NCBI GenBank assembly: GCA_046759765.1
Contig: JBHICV010000001.1
Span: 125 to 64,124 of the forward strand
Source: Acidimicrobiia bacterium
GTDB lineage: Bacteria > Actinomycetota > Acidimicrobiia > Spongiisociales > CAZKJJ01
Length of the DNA stretch: 64,000 nucleotides
Reading direction: 5' to 3'
The stretch's first letter is position 1, and each line of letters starts with the position of its first letter. Positions 37,664-47,325 of this stretch are shown here, piece by piece. The notes beneath the pieces are model-generated. The model had not been told where the DNA came from. It worked only from the letters and a program-made list of their open reading frames with translations, and did no database searches. The position numbers and the translations under genes were made by a program.

Positions 37664-38845
37664 CTAGCTCCGGGGTACCTCCTTCCACGGTATGTCCTTA
37701 TCCCCTCTGGGTTCCCCCGGAAGGCCCAAAACCCGCTCACCGATGATGTTTCTCATGATCTCGGAGGTGCCCCCCTCAATAGAGGTAGCACGGGCTCGCA
37801 CGAAGTTCTTCTGCGGATCTCGGCGTGAAATCTGGAGCGAGGCGGGCCGCACCATCTCGTACGTGGACGGGTAGAGCATTCCCTCCGGTCCGAGGAGATC
37901 GAGCCCAAAGCTCGTGATCCGCTTGTGCAGTTCGGCCCAGTGCAGCTTTCCGGCCGCTCCCGCGGGTCCCGGAGTTCCCACCTCGCGAAGCTGGCCTGCT
38001 CGGATTGTGGTCAGGCGGGCCGCCTCGGCCTCCACCCACAAGCGCATGAGCATGTCCCGACGAGCCGGATCACGCTCGTCGATCCTCCGCCAGGTCTCGA
38101 CGACTTGCTTGATGGGACCACCACCTTTGGGAGGCACGTCCGACCCGATGAACACGCGCTCGTGCATGAGCGTGGTTATTGCCACCCGCCAGCCATCGCC
38201 CACCGCTCCCAGGCGATCCCCATCCGATACGCGCGCGTCGGTGAAATAGACCTCGTTGAATTCAGCCTCACCGGTGATCTGGCGCAGAGGGCGCACCTCC
38301 ACGCCCAGCTGTCGCATGTCCGCAATGAAGTATGTCAGCCCGTCGTGCTTGGGGAGATCCGGATCGGTACGGGCCAGCAGCATCCCCCAGCGAGCCGTGT
38401 GCGCCAGAGTCGTCCAGACCTTCTGACCATTGATGACCCACTCATCGCCATCGCGCACGGCCTTCGTCGCCAGGCCAGCTACGTCCGAGCCTGCCCCGGG
38501 CTCGGAAAAGAGCTGGCACCAGATCTCCTCGGCCGTGAACAAGGGTTTTAGCCACCGGAGCCTTTGCTCCTCGGTTCCATGAGTGGCAACTGTGGGAGCG
38601 CCCATTCCGTATCCGATCGGGTTGCGGGCGATGTTGGACACCGATCCCCCGCCGGCCATGATCTTGGTGTTGATCACTCGCTGGAACGCCGGGGCAAGTC
38701 CTAAACCTCCGTTCCCTTCGGGGAAGTGAACGAATGCGAGCCCGGCATCGAACTGGGCCTCCCAGAAGTCAACGTCTGGAACAGAGCCGGGCGGGTGCTC
38801 CTCGAGCAGATCGGCAACTCGCCTCTCAACCAGCTCCCGTGTCAC
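37664..38845 (-). CDS. Acyl-CoA dehydrogenase
   Basis: ACAD fold motifs (SEPGAGSD, catalytic C-terminal region ...IEGGTSEIMRNIIGE). The start is set at GTG 38845, which overlaps the upstream stop as GTGA. Confidence 0.8.
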   Translation of the reverse strand: MTRELVERRVADLLEEHPPGSVPDVDFWEAQFDAGLAFVHFPEGNGGLGLAPAFQRVINTKIMAGGGSVSNIARNPIGYGMGAPTVATHGTEEQRLRWLKPLFTAEEIWCQLFSEPGAGSDVAGLATKAVRDGDEWVINGQKVWTTLAHTARWGMLLARTDPDLPKHDGLTYFIADMRQLGVEVRPLRQITGEAEFNEVYFTDARVSDGDRLGAVGDGWRVAITTLMHERVFIGSDVPPKGGGPIKQVVETWRRIDERDPARRDMLMRLWVEAEAARLTTIRAGQLREVGTPGPAGAAGKLHWAELHKRITSFGLDLLGPEGMLYPSTYEMVRPASLQISRRDPQKNFVRARATSIEGGTSEIMRNIIGERVLGLPGEPRGDKDIPWKEVPRS

Positions 38846-39693
38846 GGCCGCACCGTCAAAGACGAATGGGAGAGGACCGTCTCCTCGCGCTCCGCGGTGT
38901 GCGCCTTGATTCGGACGGTGTTGCCTTCGTCCCACATGCGCGTCACGATCGTCTCACCTGGGAAAACGACCCCCGAGAACCGGGCCCGGTAGCCCGAGAC
39001 CCGCCCGACATCCCCTTCGAGCATTGTGTCCACTACCGCCTTGCAAACGATCCCATAAGTCGCCAGGCCGTGGAGGATCGGTCGATCGAATCCGCCGAGG
39101 GCGGCGAAAGCCGGGTCGGCGTGGAGTGGGTTGCGGTCGCCGCTCAACCGGTAGAGCAGAGCCTGCTGCGGAAGGGTTTTGGCCGTCGTTTCATGGTCGG
39201 GGGGGCGCTTGGGAGCGTCCTCGGGCGTGGCGGGGCCCTTATCACCACCAAATCCTCCCTCTCCTCTCAATACGAGAGAGGCGCGGTTCACGAAGAGCGG
39301 CTCCCCGTCCGTAAGTGTCGTCACCTCGGTGACGAGGACTGCGACCCTTCCCTTGTCGTAGAGCCCTGCGACCCTGCCCCGGTGCGTGGCAGTGGCCTTG
39401 GGCGGAAGAGGCCCGCTCACCTCGATTTCATGCTCACCGTGGAGGAGCAATGCCGGATTGATGTCGAGCCCTTCGAGCTGGGCGATCCCCATCATGGCCA
39501 TGAAGGGAGGAATGGTGGCGAAGGTGGGCAGCACCTTGAGGTTGGCCTCGTACACATAGGACAGCTCTGACGGCTCGGTCGGTGGGTCTCCCGCTCCGAT
39601 GCCCAGGTGGTAGAGAATGACTTGGTCCTCCGTCCATTGAGTCTCGACCTCGGGGAGCTCGGCTCCGCGGACCTTCTCCGCCTCGATCGGCAT
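38842..39693 (-). CDS. MaoC-like (R)-specific enoyl-CoA hydratase, double hot-dog
   Basis: 283 aa with two hot-dog halves and MaoC dehydratase motifs; corresponds to the hydratase-2 domain of MFE-2. Confidence 0.7.
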   Translation of the reverse strand: MPIEAEKVRGAELPEVETQWTEDQVILYHLGIGAGDPPTEPSELSYVYEANLKVLPTFATIPPFMAMMGIAQLEGLDINPALLLHGEHEIEVSGPLPPKATATHRGRVAGLYDKGRVAVLVTEVTTLTDGEPLFVNRASLVLRGEGGFGGDKGPATPEDAPKRPPDHETTAKTLPQQALLYRLSGDRNPLHADPAFAALGGFDRPILHGLATYGIVCKAVVDTMLEGDVGRVSGYRARFSGVVFPGETIVTRMWDEGNTVRIKAHTAEREETVLSHSSLTVRP

Positions 39694-39696
39694 GCC

Positions 39697-40605
39697 TCAG
39701 CCCTGCAGCGCCTGGAGTAGCAACGACAGATCTTCTGAGTTGCTTTCCGGGGTTTCGAAAGTCGTGATATCAGAGATCTCGGCCATGTGATCACGGACCT
39801 CCTCCGGCGTCGGAACGCTTCCTGGCTTCGCCACCCATCCTTGGCCTACGCCAACGAACACCCTGGCGAACCGCCCACCGCCGACGGAAAACGCCTGGTG
39901 CGTGAGCTCACACTCCTCAGACGCGAGATACACGACCAGGGGTGTGACGAGCTCTGGTTCCACCATCGCGGCGAGAGGACCTAGAAGCTCTTCTGTCATC
40001 CGCGTTTTTGCCACCGGCGCGATGACGTTCGATCGGATGTTGTACTTCTGCCCCTCAATGGCCAGCGTGTTGGACAGTCCGACAATCCCGGCCTTGGCGG
40101 CCCCGTAGTTCGCCTGCCCGAAGTTGCCGAAGATGCCGCTGGGCGAGGAAGTGAAGACTATGCGTCCATAGCCCTTCTCCTTCATGACCTGGAAGGCAGG
40201 CTGGGTTACGTGGAAAGCACCCCTCAGGTGGACGTCGATCACAGCGTCGATCTCGTCGGTCGTGAGGTTGGCGAAGCTCCGGTCCCGGAGGATTCCCGCG
40301 TTGTTGATGACGACATCGATGGAGCCGAAGCTCTCACGCGCGGTCTCAGAGATGGCCCGACCTCCCTCTGGCGTTGCGACCGAGTCGTAGTTGGCCACCG
40401 CCTCGCCCCCGGCATCCGTGATCTCGGAGACGACTGCGTCGGCCGCCGACGCAGTCGCGCCGGTGCCATCCACGGCGGCACCGAGGTCGTTGACGACCAC
40501 CCGGGCGCCGCGGCGGGCCAGCTCGAGCGCGTAAGTCCGTCCGAGGCCGCCGCCTGCGCCTGTCACGATCGCCACGCGACCATCAAAGTGGAGATCGGGC
40601 ATCAC
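39697..40605 (-). CDS. SDR-family 3-hydroxyacyl-CoA dehydrogenase (MFE-2 dehydrogenase-domain-like)
   Basis: GRVAIVTGAGGGLGR cofactor motif, catalytic YGAAK, and homology pattern to 17beta-HSD4. Confidence 0.8.
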   Translation of the reverse strand: MMPDLHFDGRVAIVTGAGGGLGRTYALELARRGARVVVNDLGAAVDGTGATASAADAVVSEITDAGGEAVANYDSVATPEGGRAISETARESFGSIDVVINNAGILRDRSFANLTTDEIDAVIDVHLRGAFHVTQPAFQVMKEKGYGRIVFTSSPSGIFGNFGQANYGAAKAGIVGLSNTLAIEGQKYNIRSNVIAPVAKTRMTEELLGPLAAMVEPELVTPLVVYLASEECELTHQAFSVGGGRFARVFVGVGQGWVAKPGSVPTPEEVRDHMAEISDITTFETPESNSEDLSLLLQALQG

Positions 40606-40656
40606 ACCTCCTCCGGCTCATCGTCCCAGAAAGGCGATGGGCACCAAAATGGCCAG

Positions 40657-41796
40657 TCACCCGACCGCTCGTGCGTCCCGCAACGCCGCTACCTCGTCTG
40701 GCGGGTACCCGAGTTCTGAAAGGATCTCATCTGTGTGCTCCCCCGGGTCCGGGGCCGACAACCGCCGTTCGGGTTCGGTCCGGCTGAAACGGGGCGCTGG
40801 TCCGGGCTGAGTGACGCCATCCACTTCAATGAACGTCCCCCGCGCAGTGTTGTGGGGATGCTGCGGCGCCTCGGCCAGCGTGAGCACCGGCGCCACACAC
40901 GCATCCTCAGCTGCGAACACCTCCTCCCATTCGTCCCGAGTTCGAGACGCGAACGCGTCGCTAAAGAGTGCTCGGAGCTCGGGCCAGCGGCTTCGGTCGT
41001 ATTGATCCGGGAGGTCTTGCGGATCCAGCCCTAGCCCTGAAATGAGGCGCGCGAAGAACTTCGGTTCGAGGGCCCCCACGGCCACGAAGCGCCCGTCGGC
41101 GGTCTGGTAGGTGGAATAGAACGGCGCTCCACCGTCGAGCAGGTTCGACCCGCGCTGATCCTGCCACAAGCCACTCTCAAGGAGCTCGTAGGTCTGGAGC
41201 CCGAGGAGAGCGGCTCCTTCGACCATCGACGCGTCGACTACCTGACCCTGGCCTGAGTCTCGGGCTTCCCAGATCGCGGAGACCATCCCGAGCGCTAACA
41301 GCATGCCACCGCCCCCGTAGTCACCGACCAGGTTGAGCGGCGGAATCGGCGGACCCTCGGTCGGGCCGATCGCATGGAGGAGTCCGGAAAGTGCCAGGTA
41401 GTCGATGTCATGTCCTGCGACTCCGGAGCGCGGCCCCGTCTGACCCCAGCCCGTCATTCGTCCATAGACGAGCTTGGGATTGAGCTCCCAACACCGGTCG
41501 GGCCCGAAGCCGAGACGCTCCGCCACTCCAGGCCGAAATCCCTCGATCAGTCCGTGGGCGCCTGCGGCGAGTTGGAGGAGAACCCGAACTCCGTCCTGCT
41601 GTTTGAGATCGATGAGGATCGACCGCCGACCACGGCTGAGGAGTCGACTACCAGACAAGGGGTCTCGGTCGGAGCCCGAATCGAGCCGGTCGACCTTGCT
41701 GACTTCAGCACCCAGGTCCGAGAGAAGCGTGGCGCAGAACGGCCCCGGGCCGATTGAGGCCACTTCGACGATGCGGAGTCCGCGCAGCGGACCCAC
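40657..41796 (-). CDS. CaiB/BaiF family III CoA-transferase (alpha-methylacyl-CoA racemase-like)
   Basis: N-terminus MGPLRGLRIVEVASIGPGPFCATLLSDLGAEV typical of family III CoA transferases/Mcr. Confidence 0.75.
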   Translation of the reverse strand: MGPLRGLRIVEVASIGPGPFCATLLSDLGAEVSKVDRLDSGSDRDPLSGSRLLSRGRRSILIDLKQQDGVRVLLQLAAGAHGLIEGFRPGVAERLGFGPDRCWELNPKLVYGRMTGWGQTGPRSGVAGHDIDYLALSGLLHAIGPTEGPPIPPLNLVGDYGGGGMLLALGMVSAIWEARDSGQGQVVDASMVEGAALLGLQTYELLESGLWQDQRGSNLLDGGAPFYSTYQTADGRFVAVGALEPKFFARLISGLGLDPQDLPDQYDRSRWPELRALFSDAFASRTRDEWEEVFAAEDACVAPVLTLAEAPQHPHNTARGTFIEVDGVTQPGPAPRFSRTEPERRLSAPDPGEHTDEILSELGYPPDEVAALRDARAVG

Positions 41797-41803
41797 GATC
41801 CGG

Positions 41804-42372
41804 CTAGGCCGTCGCCCTGCGGACCTGGAAGGCCGTTACCAGCTCGATGAGACCGGTGATCACCAGGTTGATACCGACCAGGATCGCGACGACGAGGACG
41901 GTTGCCTCGGGCCACACCAGCAGCACGATTCCGAGAATCAGCCACAGCGCGCCAAAGACCGCCCTGGCTCCTCGGGCTACATCGTCCTTGCCGAGGATCG
42001 CCTGGAACAGCTCAATGGCGCCACCGAACACCCAGAGCAGGCCGAGTAGCACGATCAACAGCTGCAGGCTTTCGGCCGGGTTTCTGATCACGACCAGGCC
42101 GACCAGCACGCTGAGAATTCCTCCCAGGAGTGCCAAACCTCGCTGAGCGAGATCACGCTCGGCGAGGGCGTAACGAACCGGAAGACGCCCCAGAGGAATA
42201 GGAAGATCCCCGTCAGGATGACGACTATCTCCACTGTCCTGTCCGGCCATACCAGGACCGCGATGCCCAGACCCAGGGTGATCAATCCGACGATGAGAAC
42301 GAGGATCCAGCTGGCTCCGAACTCGGGACCCGGCGGCGCACCCGTTGACGAATCGCTCATCTCAAAGCCCAC
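41804..42372 (-). CDS. HdeD/DUF308-like membrane protein, apparently frameshifted
   Basis: Two overlapping minus-strand ORFs (42088..42372 and 41804..42250), both made of DUF308-like TM repeats (ILTGIFLFLWG..., LLGGILSVLVGLVVIRNP..., FGALWLILGIVLLVWP...). Their continuity implies a single indel around 42150-42200. Confidence 0.45.
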
Positions 42373-42427
42373 GACGCTCCTTTCTGTGGGTGAAGCTATC
42401 AGTTGTGCTGCCGGGATGAGCGGATGA

Positions 42428-42871
42428 TTACACCATTCGGGCCGGCAGTGGCATGGCCGGCGATGCAGAGCTTCGGGCCACTCCCAGTAGCGGACCGACG
42501 ATTACGAGGAAAACCACGAAGTGAGTCACCAAGAGCCAGCCCGTCGCCACATCCGTTGTCGCCATAGTCAGCGGCGCGAGTAGCGAGGCGAGGAAGACGA
42601 GCAGGCTGGCCAAGCCGAAGAACATGGTCGGCCTGGGCACGAAGCGCAGGAAGAGATGCAAGGTAGCGGAGGCGAGGATTCCCGCTCCGAACGCAAGCCC
42701 GAAAACCGCGCGGGCAGTGATCGAGTCGACCTCCTCCGAGATGGGGCTCTCCACCAGGAGCTCGATGCTCAAGACCTGCGTGGCGAACGAGAAGACGATT
42801 ACGCCTGCCACTCCCGCCAGGACCGAAGTTACGAAGCCCCCGAACCACAAGCGGCCGGCGTTTACCTGCAT
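42428..42871 (-). CDS. Hypothetical membrane protein (4 TM)
   Basis: 147-aa hydrophobic ORF with no known motif. Confidence 0.4.
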   Translation of the reverse strand: MQVNAGRLWFGGFVTSVLAGVAGVIVFSFATQVLSIELLVESPISEEVDSITARAVFGLAFGAGILASATLHLFLRFVPRPTMFFGLASLLVFLASLLAPLTMATTDVATGWLLVTHFVVFLVIVGPLLGVARSSASPAMPLPARMV

Positions 42872-42920
42872 CTCCGCCTCCCGAGGTCGCGGGAAGGGTA
42901 CCGCTTATGCTGGCTCTCCA

Positions 42921-44897
42921 ATGTCCGAAGTCGTCTGGAACGCCGACCCCGCCACGGTGGCCCGATCAGCAACGTCGCGCTTCATGGCCGCCCACGGCAT
43001 CGCCCAGTTTTCCGACCTCGTGCGCCGGTCCCAGGAGGAGCCAGAGTGGTTCTGGTCAGCCGTCGTCGACTTTCTCGGAATACCTTTCCGGGCTCCCTTC
43101 GACCAGGTGCTCGATGTGTCACGAGGAAAACCCTGGGCGACGTGGTTTACAGGGGGCGAGATCAACCTCTCCGACGTGTGCGTTGATCGATGGGCAGCCA
43201 CCGACGGGGACCGAGTCGCGGTTATCAGTGAGCGAGAGGAAGCAGGCGATCCGCGAACGGTCACGTTCTCGGCCCTCCGCGACGAGGTAGCCCGTGCCGC
43301 GGGCGCGCTCTGGGAACTCGGTGTCGGCCGCGGAGACACCGTGGCCGTGTTCCTTCCGATGTCGCACTACGCCGTCGTCTCGGTGCTTGCCATCGCTCGT
43401 GTGGGAGCGATCGTCGTGCCGATCTTCTCGGGCTACTCAGCAGAGGCCGTGGCGACGCGGTTGATCGACTCCGCACCCACCGCGGTGATCACGGCCGACG
43501 GCTTTCGGCGGCGTGGCCGGCTTGTCGAGATGAAGGAGACACTCGATGATGCCGTCCGCTTCGCCAGAAAGGACGGACGCCGAATATCCCAGGTGCTGGT
43601 GGTGGAGTACGCAGGGCGAGCCGACACCCCGTTCGACCCCCTCCGCGACGTCTGGTGGCACGACCTCGTCCCGGTGGCGGCGCCGGCAGATCCGGTAGCG
43701 ACCAGCTCCGAGGAGCCGGTATTGCTGGCATACACGTCCGGAACCACCGGCCGTCCCAAAGGAGCGATCCATGTTCACGGCGGCCTAGCCGTCAAGTTTG
43801 CCGCGGAGGGCGCCTTTCAGCTCGACCTCCAGCCAGACGACGTTCACATGTGGGTATCCGACATGGGCTGGATCATGGGACCGTGGATGGTGGTCGCGGG
43901 TCTGGCCAACGGCGCCACGATCGCAACTTATGACGGTGCCCCCGACTTCCCCGACCCGGGCCGGCTTTGGGAGATGACCGAGAAGCTCGGGATAACCGCA
44001 CTAGGGATCTCTCCCACGCTCATTCGGAGCCTCCAGGGATTCGGTGATGAGCACGTCGAGAACCATGATCTGGGGACGCTGCGGGTATTCGGGTCTACCG
44101 GGGAGCCTTGGAATCCAAGCCCTTGGTGGTGGTTATTCGAAGTAGTCGGCCAAAAGCGAGTCCCGATCGTGAATATCTCGGGCGGAACCGAGGTCGCGGC
44201 CTGCTTCTTGTCCGTCAACCTGCTGCAAGGCTTGAAACCATGCTCTCTGGGCGGACCGGCCCTCGGTATGTCCGTCGACGTGTTCGACGACAACGGTCAA
44301 CCGGTACGAGGAGCCGTCGGGGAGCTGGTCTGTCTTGAGCCGTGGCCCTCGATGACCCGAGGGTTCTGGGGTGATCCCGATAGATACGTGGAGGCGTACT
44401 GGAGCCGCTGGCCGGACGTGTGGGTTCACGGCGACTGGGCGTCGATAGACGAAGACGGATTCTGGTATCTCCACGGCCGCTCAGACGACACTCTGAACAT
44501 CGCCGGCAAGCGCGTGGGGCCCGCTGAGATCGAGTCGGCGGCTGTCGGACACCCAGACGTAGTCATGGCCGCCGCCATCGGCGTCCCGGACGAGATCAAG
44601 GGCGAGAGGATCGTGGTCTATGCCGTACCGGTCTCCAACGCGGCAACGGAGGGCCTGTCAGAAGAGATCGCCGCTCTGGTCGTCGAGGGTCTCGGGAAGC
44701 CGTTCCGACCGAGCGAGGTGGTTTTCGTTACCGACCTTCCTCGTACTCGGTCAGCCAAAATCATGCGGCGTCTGATCAAGGCGAAGGCACTTGGAACTGA
44801 CCTGGGGGACCTCGCCGGTCTGGAGAATCCCGACGCGGTCCGTGAGATCCCGTTGCTCGCCGACTCCGCCGGGCCCTCTCCTCAACCCCCTGACTGA
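42921..44897 (+). CDS. Acyl-CoA synthetase, acetate/acetoacetate--CoA ligase-like (AMP-forming)
   Basis: Start at ATG 42921. AYTSGTTGRPKG AMP-binding motif, ACS-like N-terminal region (PEWFW...W..GG.N) and C-terminal ...SGKIMRR-type motif (SAKIMRRL). Confidence 0.8.
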   Translation: MSEVVWNADPATVARSATSRFMAAHGIAQFSDLVRRSQEEPEWFWSAVVDFLGIPFRAPFDQVLDVSRGKPWATWFTGGEINLSDVCVDRWAATDGDRVAVISEREEAGDPRTVTFSALRDEVARAAGALWELGVGRGDTVAVFLPMSHYAVVSVLAIARVGAIVVPIFSGYSAEAVATRLIDSAPTAVITADGFRRRGRLVEMKETLDDAVRFARKDGRRISQVLVVEYAGRADTPFDPLRDVWWHDLVPVAAPADPVATSSEEPVLLAYTSGTTGRPKGAIHVHGGLAVKFAAEGAFQLDLQPDDVHMWVSDMGWIMGPWMVVAGLANGATIATYDGAPDFPDPGRLWEMTEKLGITALGISPTLIRSLQGFGDEHVENHDLGTLRVFGSTGEPWNPSPWWWLFEVVGQKRVPIVNISGGTEVAACFLSVNLLQGLKPCSLGGPALGMSVDVFDDNGQPVRGAVGELVCLEPWPSMTRGFWGDPDRYVEAYWSRWPDVWVHGDWASIDEDGFWYLHGRSDDTLNIAGKRVGPAEIESAAVGHPDVVMAAAIGVPDEIKGERIVVYAVPVSNAATEGLSEEIAALVVEGLGKPFRPSEVVFVTDLPRTRSAKIMRRLIKAKALGTDLGDLAGLENPDAVREIPLLADSAGPSPQPPD

Positions 44898-45277
44898 ACG
44901 GAGCGGATGTAGGCGATCACCCGTTCGATCTGGGCGTCGGTCAGGCCCCTCACGGGAGGCATTCGTCCCTGACCGCGCGTGATCGTCTGGACGTAGTACG
45001 CATCGGAGCGGTCGGCGGACTGCGAGCCCGGGCCGAGGCTGGGCCCGCGTGGGTTCGTGAAACCGCCGCCGCCTTCGAGGTCATCGCCATGACAGCCCGC
45101 GCAGCGGCCCGCGTATACCTCTTCACCCGAGGCGTCCGGAGAAAGCGGAGGGCTTCCGCAGGCCGCAGCTAAGAGCACAAAAACCGCCATCAGCAACGAG
45201 CGGCGCACGGTCGGGAGGCTAGGTGGCACCCGAGATGAAGGCGCCCTTCTCACGCCCGTGACAGGAGCTGTGGCCAT
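44882..45277 (-). CDS. c-type cytochrome lipoprotein
   Basis: Signal/lipobox LLAAACGS, heme-binding CAGCH, a distal Met-containing GRMPP region, and class I cytochrome c size. Confidence 0.7.
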   Translation of the reverse strand: MATAPVTGVRRAPSSRVPPSLPTVRRSLLMAVFVLLAAACGSPPLSPDASGEEVYAGRCAGCHGDDLEGGGGFTNPRGPSLGPGSQSADRSDAYYVQTITRGQGRMPPVRGLTDAQIERVIAYIRSVQSGG

Positions 45278-45318
45278 CCACGGACATAGGGGTCTGAGCC
45301 GCGGTTAGCCTTCGGGGA

Positions 45319-45582
45319 ATGAAAGAGAGGAAGAAGCGGCTGGCCGAGCTTTCTCGACCCAAGAAGGTAGCGATCGCCGTGCAGATCGTGATCCAGCTAG
45401 CCCTACTCGTCACGGCGCTGTTGGACCTATGGAGGCGGCCCGCGGCCCAAATCAGGGGCAGCAAGAAGCTCTGGTTTGCGCTCGCGTTCGTCAACTACAT
45501 CGGGCCGATTGCCTACTTTGTCATCGGGCGGAAGCCAGCCGAGTCTGTGACCGAGGCCGCGGAAGAACTGCTAGCGGCCTGA
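45319..45582 (+). CDS. PLD-nuclease N-terminal-domain small membrane protein (PLDc_N)
   Basis: 87 aa with KKLWFALAFVNYIGPIAYFVIGRKP matching the PLDc_N motif (K..W......P..G...Y...GR). Confidence 0.55.
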   Translation: MKERKKRLAELSRPKKVAIAVQIVIQLALLVTALLDLWRRPAAQIRGSKKLWFALAFVNYIGPIAYFVIGRKPAESVTEAAEELLAA

Positions 45583-45622
45583 GCTGAGCGAGTCGGGGCC
45601 GTTCTCGCCCGCCGTCACTAGC

Positions 45623-46117
45623 TCAAATCACGATATCGAAAGCCTCGAGCAGGACGGTCACGATCAAGCCTGAGATCAGCACTCCGATCGTGATCAGCCC
45701 GAAGGCCTTCTTGTGCTCGACGCCGAAGACGTGGGAGGCCAGCGCGCCGGTCCAGGCTCCCGTAAACGGAAGCGGGATGGCAACGAATGTGATCACAGCC
45801 AGGTCACGTAGACGCTCGAAGCGGGCTTCCCCCCTGGTTCTCGTTCGCTTCTTGAGTCGGTCGAGGAACCGATGCAGGCCGGCCCAATGGTGCTCGGCCC
45901 AGTCCGTCACCGGCCCCAGCAACGCCAGGATGAATGGGATCGGCACGAGGTTGCCGATCACCGACCAGGCGTAGGCCTCGAGGGGGCCCATGGCGAAAAT
46001 CTCGCGGGCTACCGGCAATGCCAGCCGAAGCTCGAAGATGGGAAGCATCGCTAGGAACATGACAGCCAGTTGAGGAGGAAGGACTGATTCGACCCAGGCG
46101 ACGATCTGCTCGCGCAC
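45623..46117 (-). CDS. Membrane protein, possibly small multidrug-export (COG2426) family
   Basis: 164 aa with 4 TM helices; the family assignment rests on recollection only. Confidence 0.4.
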   Translation of the reverse strand: MREQIVAWVESVLPPQLAVMFLAMLPIFELRLALPVAREIFAMGPLEAYAWSVIGNLVPIPFILALLGPVTDWAEHHWAGLHRFLDRLKKRTRTRGEARFERLRDLAVITFVAIPLPFTGAWTGALASHVFGVEHKKAFGLITIGVLISGLIVTVLLEAFDIVI

Positions 46118-46309
46118 GAGGCACGAGTATGGCTATCGGGATGTTCGGTTCCGAGGACCGGTTGCACGGAAGTCGGCCCGTTCGTACCATCCGCTTCCCA
46201 AGCAGTGCTGGTGGATCAGCCCCCTGGCACAGGTCCACCACACAGCGAAGAACGGGGCTCCGGCTCGCACCCCCTTGCCGGAGCCCCGACCTTCTCAGCT
46301 GGAGGACGG

Positions 46310-47308
46310 ATGAGGATCGCGGTTATAGGCGCCGGGTCTTGGGGAACAACCATCGCTTCGGTGACGTCCGGCCGGACGAAGACGACGCTATGGTCGCGGC
46401 GGCCCGAAATCGCGGAGTCAATTCGGACCAATAGGCGCAACCCCGCTTATCTCAGCTCCTACTCACTTCCCGATGAGCTGGAGGCAACCTCCGATCTCGC
46501 GGAAGCCATTTCCGGTGTCGACCTGATCGTCATGGCCGTGCCGTCCCATGGCTACCGCGACACCATCAGCAAGGCGTCGGGGCTCATCGAAGGAGAGGTA
46601 GCGATCCTCAGCCTGACCAAGGGCATCGAGCAGCACACACTGCTGCGGATGACGCAGGTCACCGCCGAAGCCGTCCCCTCCCATCCTTCTTCGCTGATCG
46701 GAGTCCTGACCGGACCAAACCTCGCTCCGGAGGTGATGGCCGGACAGCCCACGGCCAGCGTCGTGGCGTTCGAGGAGGTCGAGGTCGCTCGCCGGTGCCA
46801 GGACGTCTTGATGTCCAGCTCCTTCCGTATCTACACGAATACGGACGTGGTGGGCTGCGAGACCGCGGGGGCAGTCAAAAACGTCTTGGCGATCGCGGCG
46901 GGAATGGCAAAGGGCCTCGGCTTCGGAGACAACACACTCGCGGCTCTCGTCACCAGAGCACTCGCCGAGCTCACGCGACTGGGCGTCGCGCTGGGAGGCG
47001 AGCCGGTGACATTCGCCGGGCTGGCTGGCATGGGCGATCTCATTGCCACATGCATGAGCCCAACGAGCCGCAATTACCGCGTCGGATATGGCCTTGGCCA
47101 GGGCCGAACCTTGCAGGAGGTAACCGACGAGATGCAAATGGTGGCCGAAGGGATCAAGACGACGAGAGCCGTGCTAGATCTCGCCGCTCGGGCCGGCGTG
47201 GAGGTTCCCATCTCAGAACAGGTTGGGCGAGTTCTCTACGAGGAAGCTGCACCCTCGGAGGCAGTTCTGGCGCTGATGAGCCGAGCTCCGAAGGACGAGC
47301 GGGACTGA
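46310..47308 (+). CDS. gpsA: NAD(P)H-dependent glycerol-3-phosphate dehydrogenase
   Basis: MRIAVIGAGSWGTT Rossmann N-terminus after a ggagga RBS; GpsA motifs (KGIE, NVLAIAAG). Confidence 0.85.
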   Translation: MRIAVIGAGSWGTTIASVTSGRTKTTLWSRRPEIAESIRTNRRNPAYLSSYSLPDELEATSDLAEAISGVDLIVMAVPSHGYRDTISKASGLIEGEVAILSLTKGIEQHTLLRMTQVTAEAVPSHPSSLIGVLTGPNLAPEVMAGQPTASVVAFEEVEVARRCQDVLMSSSFRIYTNTDVVGCETAGAVKNVLAIAAGMAKGLGFGDNTLAALVTRALAELTRLGVALGGEPVTFAGLAGMGDLIATCMSPTSRNYRVGYGLGQGRTLQEVTDEMQMVAEGIKTTRAVLDLAARAGVEVPISEQVGRVLYEEAAPSEAVLALMSRAPKDERD

Positions 47309-47325
47309 AAGCGTCAGGCTTCGGC

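Noticed and set aside
42624-44897. 757-aa version of the acyl-CoA synthetase
   Set aside because: The first 99 codons overlap the minus-strand membrane protein gene 42428..42871 and lack AMP-ligase homology. The ATG at 42921 yields a standard 658-aa ACS-like protein.
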